Source: an uncultured bacterium (lineage in GTDB: Bacteria; Babelota; Babeliae; Babelales; Babelaceae). Taken from it: DNA of 64,000 nucleotides. This document shows, in pieces, positions 59,590 through 64,000 of the stretch. How positions within the stretch are numbered: position 1 is the stretch's first letter; each line of letters opens with the position of its first letter. The notes below the pieces were generated by a model. The model was not told the DNA's origin and ran no database searches. It saw nothing but the letters and a program-made list of their open reading frames with translations. The stretch spans positions 192,001 through 256,000 of the forward strand of contig CAWKFG010000004.1 in the NCBI GenBank assembly GCA_963848965.1, read 5' to 3'. A program made the translations under genes and the position numbers.

Positions 59590-59594
59590 CATAA

Positions 59595-59616
59595 AAGGGC
59601 ATCATACGATGCCCTT
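59595..59616. terminator. Bidirectional intrinsic terminator
   Basis: AAGGGCATC/GATGCCCTT hairpin. Confidence 0.7.
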
Positions 59617-59650
59617 ATTATTTTTCTTCAAGCTCCATAAGGCAGTTGAC

Positions 59651-60622
59651 TCAAGTTCCTTTGGCAAAGACTTCTTGGAGAGTAGCTTGAGCAAGGGCCA
59701 AAGCCGCTTGTGTAGATGGACTATCTGCAAGTGGATTTAACATAACAAAATCATGAATAGCTCCTAAGCAGCGCATAGCTCTTACCTGTACTCCTGCTTG
59801 CATCAGTTTATGAGCATATGCTTCAACTTCATCCCGTAATACATCGTTCTCTGCGCTAATAATAAGAGCAGGAGGAAGTCCTTTTAAGTGCTCAAGAGAG
59901 GCACTTAAAGGAGATAGTATATAGGCACTACGAGCTGCCTTGCTAGGCTCATAAGCATTCCAAAACCATTCCATTGCAGCTTTTGTTAACCATGGTCCTT
60001 GAGCAAACTCTTCGTACGAACGTGTATTGAAGCTCGCATCGGTTACTGGATAAAAAAGAACCTGGTACATAATAGAAGGACCTTTGCGCTCTTTAGCAAG
60101 TAATGTAACTGCTATTGCCATATTACCACCAACACTATCGCCAACCACAACCAACCGAGATGTATCAAGATTAAACTCTCGGCCATGCTGTGCAATATAT
60201 TCAGTTGCTGCATACGCCTCTTCTACTGCGACAGGATAATGAGCCTCTGGTGAAGGCGTATATTTAACAAAGACTACAGCCGACTGAGTACTGGAAGCAA
60301 TTCTACGAATAAGGTGGTCATGCGTATGCTCATTACCTAATATCCAGCCTCCTCCATGAAAAAACATAATAACAGGCAGAACATCGTTGCTCGAACGAAC
60401 AATACGAAGACCAATAGTTCCTTTTGGACCTGCTGGAATAGAGATATCTTCAATATGTACAGGTATCTCTTTAACCGGCTCTTTTTGCACAGTATTAAGA
60501 ACTTCACGAGCTTCTGCAATAGAAAGCGTATAAAGAGGAGGTCCTCCCTGTGCTTCTAACTTTTTAACAAACTGTGCAGTTGTAGGATCGAGTCTCTGTA
60601 TTACATCCTTATGTTCCATCAT
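59651..60622 (-). CDS. Alpha/beta hydrolase, HSL-like esterase
   Basis: HGGGW, GDSVGG, ENDVLRDE, IHDF. Confidence 0.93.
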   Translation of the reverse strand: MMEHKDVIQRLDPTTAQFVKKLEAQGGPPLYTLSIAEAREVLNTVQKEPVKEIPVHIEDISIPAGPKGTIGLRIVRSSNDVLPVIMFFHGGGWILGNEHTHDHLIRRIASSTQSAVVFVKYTPSPEAHYPVAVEEAYAATEYIAQHGREFNLDTSRLVVVGDSVGGNMAIAVTLLAKERKGPSIMYQVLFYPVTDASFNTRSYEEFAQGPWLTKAAMEWFWNAYEPSKAARSAYILSPLSASLEHLKGLPPALIISAENDVLRDEVEAYAHKLMQAGVQVRAMRCLGAIHDFVMLNPLADSPSTQAALALAQATLQEVFAKGT

Positions 60623-60834
60623 AACTCCAATAAGCGTATATCGACATGCTTTGTTTTATGATGAAAAAAGAAGATGCAAAATGTCAAGAAAACAAGCCCT
60701 CATTCTTACTCAATGCACTAGAGTAGTTCACAATGCTTTTTTATCTCTTGAGCTTAAGCTGTTGAGAAAAATGTAAATAAAGGTACCTTAATAAAGAGTT
60801 CAATTGAATCTTTGTAAATTAAGGCAGACTACCT

Positions 60835-62148
60835 ATGAATAGTATTAAGAAAATGTTACTTATTTTAGTAACTTTAGCATGTGCAGTTCCGCTAGGAGCA
60901 TTACCTATACGCAGCTTAAAAAATGTAGGCAATAGTTGTTTTATAAATGCCACAATTCAATGTCTTTCCCACATTGATAGCATGGCACTCTCTATACTTT
61001 TTGAAAAAGATGATTACTACAAGAAAAAATCGCTTGCAGCTCGTTATCGAAAACTTCTTAAGGAATTAAATAGTGAACAAGCGAGTGATAATAAAGTAAA
61101 GAAGCAGCTCAAAAAATTCTGTTCACAAAGTTGGGAAACTCTCGGTGTAAGAAAATATAGCCAACAGGATGCTGCAGAGCTTATTGATACTCTTTTTAAT
61201 CATATAACTGACTACGATATACAAGATACAGTTAAAGATACGTTGCCTTTCTACCCAGGCACTTATCAACCACAAACAATGCTGTCGAATCTCTTTTTCT
61301 CATGCGTTCATTCAATTCTTACGCCATTAGGACTCTTTGCACTTCCTTCTGTAAAAACAGAGCCTGTTAGTATGTTAACTATCCCATTTACACCTAAAGC
61401 TCTTACGTTAGAAGACTGCTTATCTGCTTATTTTATGCCAACAAAGCTTACAGGAAACGAAAAAATAACATACTTACCAGGCATTCGTGTAGATGCTCTG
61501 AAACGGCTTGCACTTAAGCATACTTCAGAATATCTTATTATACGACTTAATAGAAATAAGTTTACTGTTGAACATGATAGAAAGAACAACAAAGTATTTG
61601 TATCTACTAAGCTTTCTGAACCTGTAAGTTTTCCACTTACTCATCTTGATGTATCGCCATATTTTGATCTTGGATGTAAGCAAGAAGGCTATAAATATAA
61701 TCTTATATCATTTATTGTTCATGTTGGAAGCAGTGCATCATCAGGGCACTACACTGCTTATGTAAAAAATGAGGATGGATGGCATTATTGCGATGATAGA
61801 TCTATCATTAAAATAACAAATAAACAAATAGAGGACATTGCAAAGCGCGGATACGCCATTGACCCTCTACATTTGTTATTTCCAGAAAGTCAGCCACAAG
61901 AGAATATCAAAACAAGTAAACGACAAACGCCTGTTCTGTTTTTCTATGAAAAAGAGCCACGAGCGACTGATGAGTCAAAAGTTCCAGAGATAGCTTCACA
62001 TGAAGAAGTACTCAAGATAGCAAAAGATAAAGAGAACTCTCCCTCTATCATCCAAGAGACAGAGAAAAAAGTCTCAACAGAAATTCAGAGAAATACTCGT
62101 GATGTAGATTTGTTCACTTCTGATGAAGACTGTATAATACTCAATTAA
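60835..62148 (+). CDS. Secreted ubiquitin-specific protease (USP/peptidase C19)
   Basis: Cys box LKNVGNSCFINATIQCL, QQDAAE, LxRxxF, His box HVGSSASSGHYTAYVK...WHYCDD; signal peptide. Confidence 0.92.
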   Translation: MNSIKKMLLILVTLACAVPLGALPIRSLKNVGNSCFINATIQCLSHIDSMALSILFEKDDYYKKKSLAARYRKLLKELNSEQASDNKVKKQLKKFCSQSWETLGVRKYSQQDAAELIDTLFNHITDYDIQDTVKDTLPFYPGTYQPQTMLSNLFFSCVHSILTPLGLFALPSVKTEPVSMLTIPFTPKALTLEDCLSAYFMPTKLTGNEKITYLPGIRVDALKRLALKHTSEYLIIRLNRNKFTVEHDRKNNKVFVSTKLSEPVSFPLTHLDVSPYFDLGCKQEGYKYNLISFIVHVGSSASSGHYTAYVKNEDGWHYCDDRSIIKITNKQIEDIAKRGYAIDPLHLLFPESQPQENIKTSKRQTPVLFFYEKEPRATDESKVPEIASHEEVLKIAKDKENSPSIIQETEKKVSTEIQRNTRDVDLFTSDEDCIILN

Positions 62149-62169
62149 GATTCGTAATTCTTATATACA

Positions 62170-62199
62170 AAAAAGGTGTAGCATAAGCTACACCTTTTT
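62170..62199. terminator. Bidirectional intrinsic terminator
   Basis: AAAAAGGTGTAGC/GCTACACCTTTTT hairpin. Confidence 0.8.
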
Positions 62200-62217
62200 A
62201 CTCAAACAAAAACTCTT

Positions 62218-62781
62218 TTAAGCAGCGAGAGCTTGTTTTGCTTTTTCTGCTTGTACTTGCTTTGCTTTTGCTGCTTGCACTTCTTTTAATGGTTTTACTA
62301 TTAAATAATAGAAAAGAGCACCAAAACTTCCTGTTGCAGCTAACCCATAAAAGAGAGAGCTTGGTTTAGCAGGAAGTTTTTGTGAAAACTGCTGATTTTT
62401 TGCTTCTTGCACATTACTTGTAGCAGGTGCAGCTTTGGCGTCTACAGGAGCAGTACCTTGCGGAGCTGCATTTTCAGAAGTTCCTGAATTGGAGACTGGT
62501 GGTACAGCTTCAGGCATTTGCACAGTCTTAGTATCTGAAGTATCTGTTTTTATCTCCACAGTTACTGGTGGAACCGGCTTTTCAACTGGTACCTGAGGCT
62601 CCTGATTTACTGTGATAATCACCTCTGGTTGTGTACTTGGCTTAACCGGAGGCTTACTATGTAAAGTAGCTGTGTTACCACGAGGAGAAAGAGAAAGCGC
62701 TTCAGTAGTAGGTGAAGCAACATCTGCCATACCATAGCAATATGCTGAACTTACAAGAACAATAAATAATTTCTTCATCAT
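62218..62781 (-). CDS. Secreted Pro/Thr/Ala-rich protein with C-terminal membrane anchor
   Basis: Signal peptide CYG|MA, low-complexity stalk, TM segment, Lys/Ala-rich tail. Confidence 0.7.
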   Translation of the reverse strand: MMKKLFIVLVSSAYCYGMADVASPTTEALSLSPRGNTATLHSKPPVKPSTQPEVIITVNQEPQVPVEKPVPPVTVEIKTDTSDTKTVQMPEAVPPVSNSGTSENAAPQGTAPVDAKAAPATSNVQEAKNQQFSQKLPAKPSSLFYGLAATGSFGALFYYLIVKPLKEVQAAKAKQVQAEKAKQALAA

Positions 62782-62881
62782 GTGTTTACCCGTTATGGTT
62801 AAATGGTTATAACAACAATACCCACTATAGCACAGAGTGTAGTGCGATAAAATAAAAAGAGCAACTATCTTTCCAACTCAG

Positions 62882-64000
62882 CTAGAAAGCATGTCCTAAT
62901 GTTAAGAACCATGCATAGCGCCTATCTTTTTCATCACGTTTTTTCCACTTCCATCCTATATCAAATCGTATAGGGCCAATGGGTGTTGCACAACGTAATC
63001 CAAACCCCGTAGCGCCCAGCCATTTGTGTGCTTGAATATCTGCAAACTTGTTTTGTGCTAGTACACCCATATCAGTAAAAACTACTCCACTTAGCCACCT
63101 ATACAAAGGAAATCGAACTTCTGCATTAACATTAACCATTGATTTGCCTCCGATCGGTAACCAACTGCGCTCATGCTTACTTGTTACAAAAGAGTTAAGA
63201 GGAGGAACCATATCAGTTTCATAACCACGCAATGAAGTAGCTCCTCCTAAGTAAAAGCGTTCTGTCGGCAATATAGTAGAAAATTCTGCATTAAAGATAT
63301 GACCACATCTAAACCGTAGTGCTCCAATAATCGATTTATACAAAGGATAAACAAACGACTGTTCTAAAAGAGCTTTTACAAAAAAGCCTTTGTGAATACG
63401 CAGTGGAAACATACCACGTAGCGAAAGAAACGTAAAAGTACCTTTGGTAGGATCTAATTTATTATCAAAACTGTCCCACAAAAATGATGATTCAAGATAA
63501 AAGTATGGTTCTCGCTTATCGATTAATTGTGGTTTAAATTGAATAACAGGTGCAAGCCGCTCTGAAAGCCCAGAAAGCTTACTCAACTCGAATCCTACAG
63601 TACCACTTACCTGACCTTGCGGATATGCATGAGTGACACTTACTGAAAGGCCATCATGCGCTTCTTTGTATAAGCGCTCTTTACTTCCTCCCCCAATTGG
63701 CTGCTCGTACCGATCAGTGTAAATTTGATAGACTGATCGTAAAGGATAGTTACATGTCCATGGTATCTCATAAGAAAAAGCAGCATTACGTGTATACCGA
63801 GTAAGATCTGCATCCAATCGTAACTGATCTGCAATACCACAAGGATTTTTCCACAAAAAAGAGCCTCCTACTCTATAGGTAGTACCAGAGAGATTGGTAA
63901 AACTTGTGCTCATTTGCTGGAACCCAAAGCGCGTTCGTATCTCAAAGGGATCGTCTTCTACCACCTTTAGGATCATAGTTTTAGTACCCTCTTCCGTTGC
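62882..64000 (-). CDS. Omp85 (BamA/TamA) family outer membrane protein, 5' end outside window
   Basis: RFYLGG..SLRGY, TPIGPIRFD, C-terminal LGHAF. Confidence 0.92.
   Translation of the reverse strand, partial: ATEEGTKTMILKVVEDDPFEIRTRFGFQQMSTSFTNLSGTTYRVGGSFLWKNPCGIADQLRLDADLTRYTRNAAFSYEIPWTCNYPLRSVYQIYTDRYEQPIGGGSKERLYKEAHDGLSVSVTHAYPQGQVSGTVGFELSKLSGLSERLAPVIQFKPQLIDKREPYFYLESSFLWDSFDNKLDPTKGTFTFLSLRGMFPLRIHKGFFVKALLEQSFVYPLYKSIIGALRFRCGHIFNAEFSTILPTERFYLGGATSLRGYETDMVPPLNSFVTSKHERSWLPIGGKSMVNVNAEVRFPLYRWLSGVVFTDMGVLAQNKFADIQAHKWLGATGFGLRCATPIGPIRFDIGWKWKKRDEKDRRYAWFLTLGHAF

Noticed and set aside
62218..62400. Sortase LPxTG anchor
   Set aside because: Motif is LPAKP and the organism is diderm (BamA present)

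Overview
AT-rich bacterial chromosome segment. The gene content (many small signal-peptide-bearing ankyrin/LRR/WD40 proteins, a eukaryote-type USP deubiquitinase, nutrient transporters, BamA-family protein) suggests an intracellular symbiont or parasite of eukaryotes, most resembling Babelota/Dependentiae (TM6); this is inference, not a database result. Housekeeping blocks (PMM/PGM, sbcC, peroxiredoxin, nupC, prfA, rpmE; sppA, mreC; gatC-gatA-gatA, MATE, rsmG, topA; metG, potABCD, BamA) alternate with an accessory region at about 10.7-27.9 kb that ends at a tRNA-Val/Asn/Asp cluster. Main observations: (1) a recurrent BC-box + Cul2-box-like (VHL-box-like) module shuffled onto several unrelated secreted proteins, including an unannotated 52-aa mini-gene, alongside a secreted USP, suggesting a host ubiquitin-hijacking toolkit; (2) at least eight secreted proteins whose predicted mature N-terminus begins with Met (mostly ME/MD/MN); (3) a 3.0-kb recombinase-less cassette at tRNA-Asp bounded by 51-bp direct repeats, carrying an NpmA/KamB-like 16S rRNA m1A1408 methyltransferase; (4) six full or decayed AAA+/DUF4143 ATPase copies, several preceded by palindromic boxes with a 33-bp period; (5) tandem gatA paralogs; (6) small CxC...CxxxC secreted peptides. 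Several frameshifts, including multiple ones in essential metG, indicate probable uncorrected indel errors, so pseudogene calls based on single indels are uncertain.
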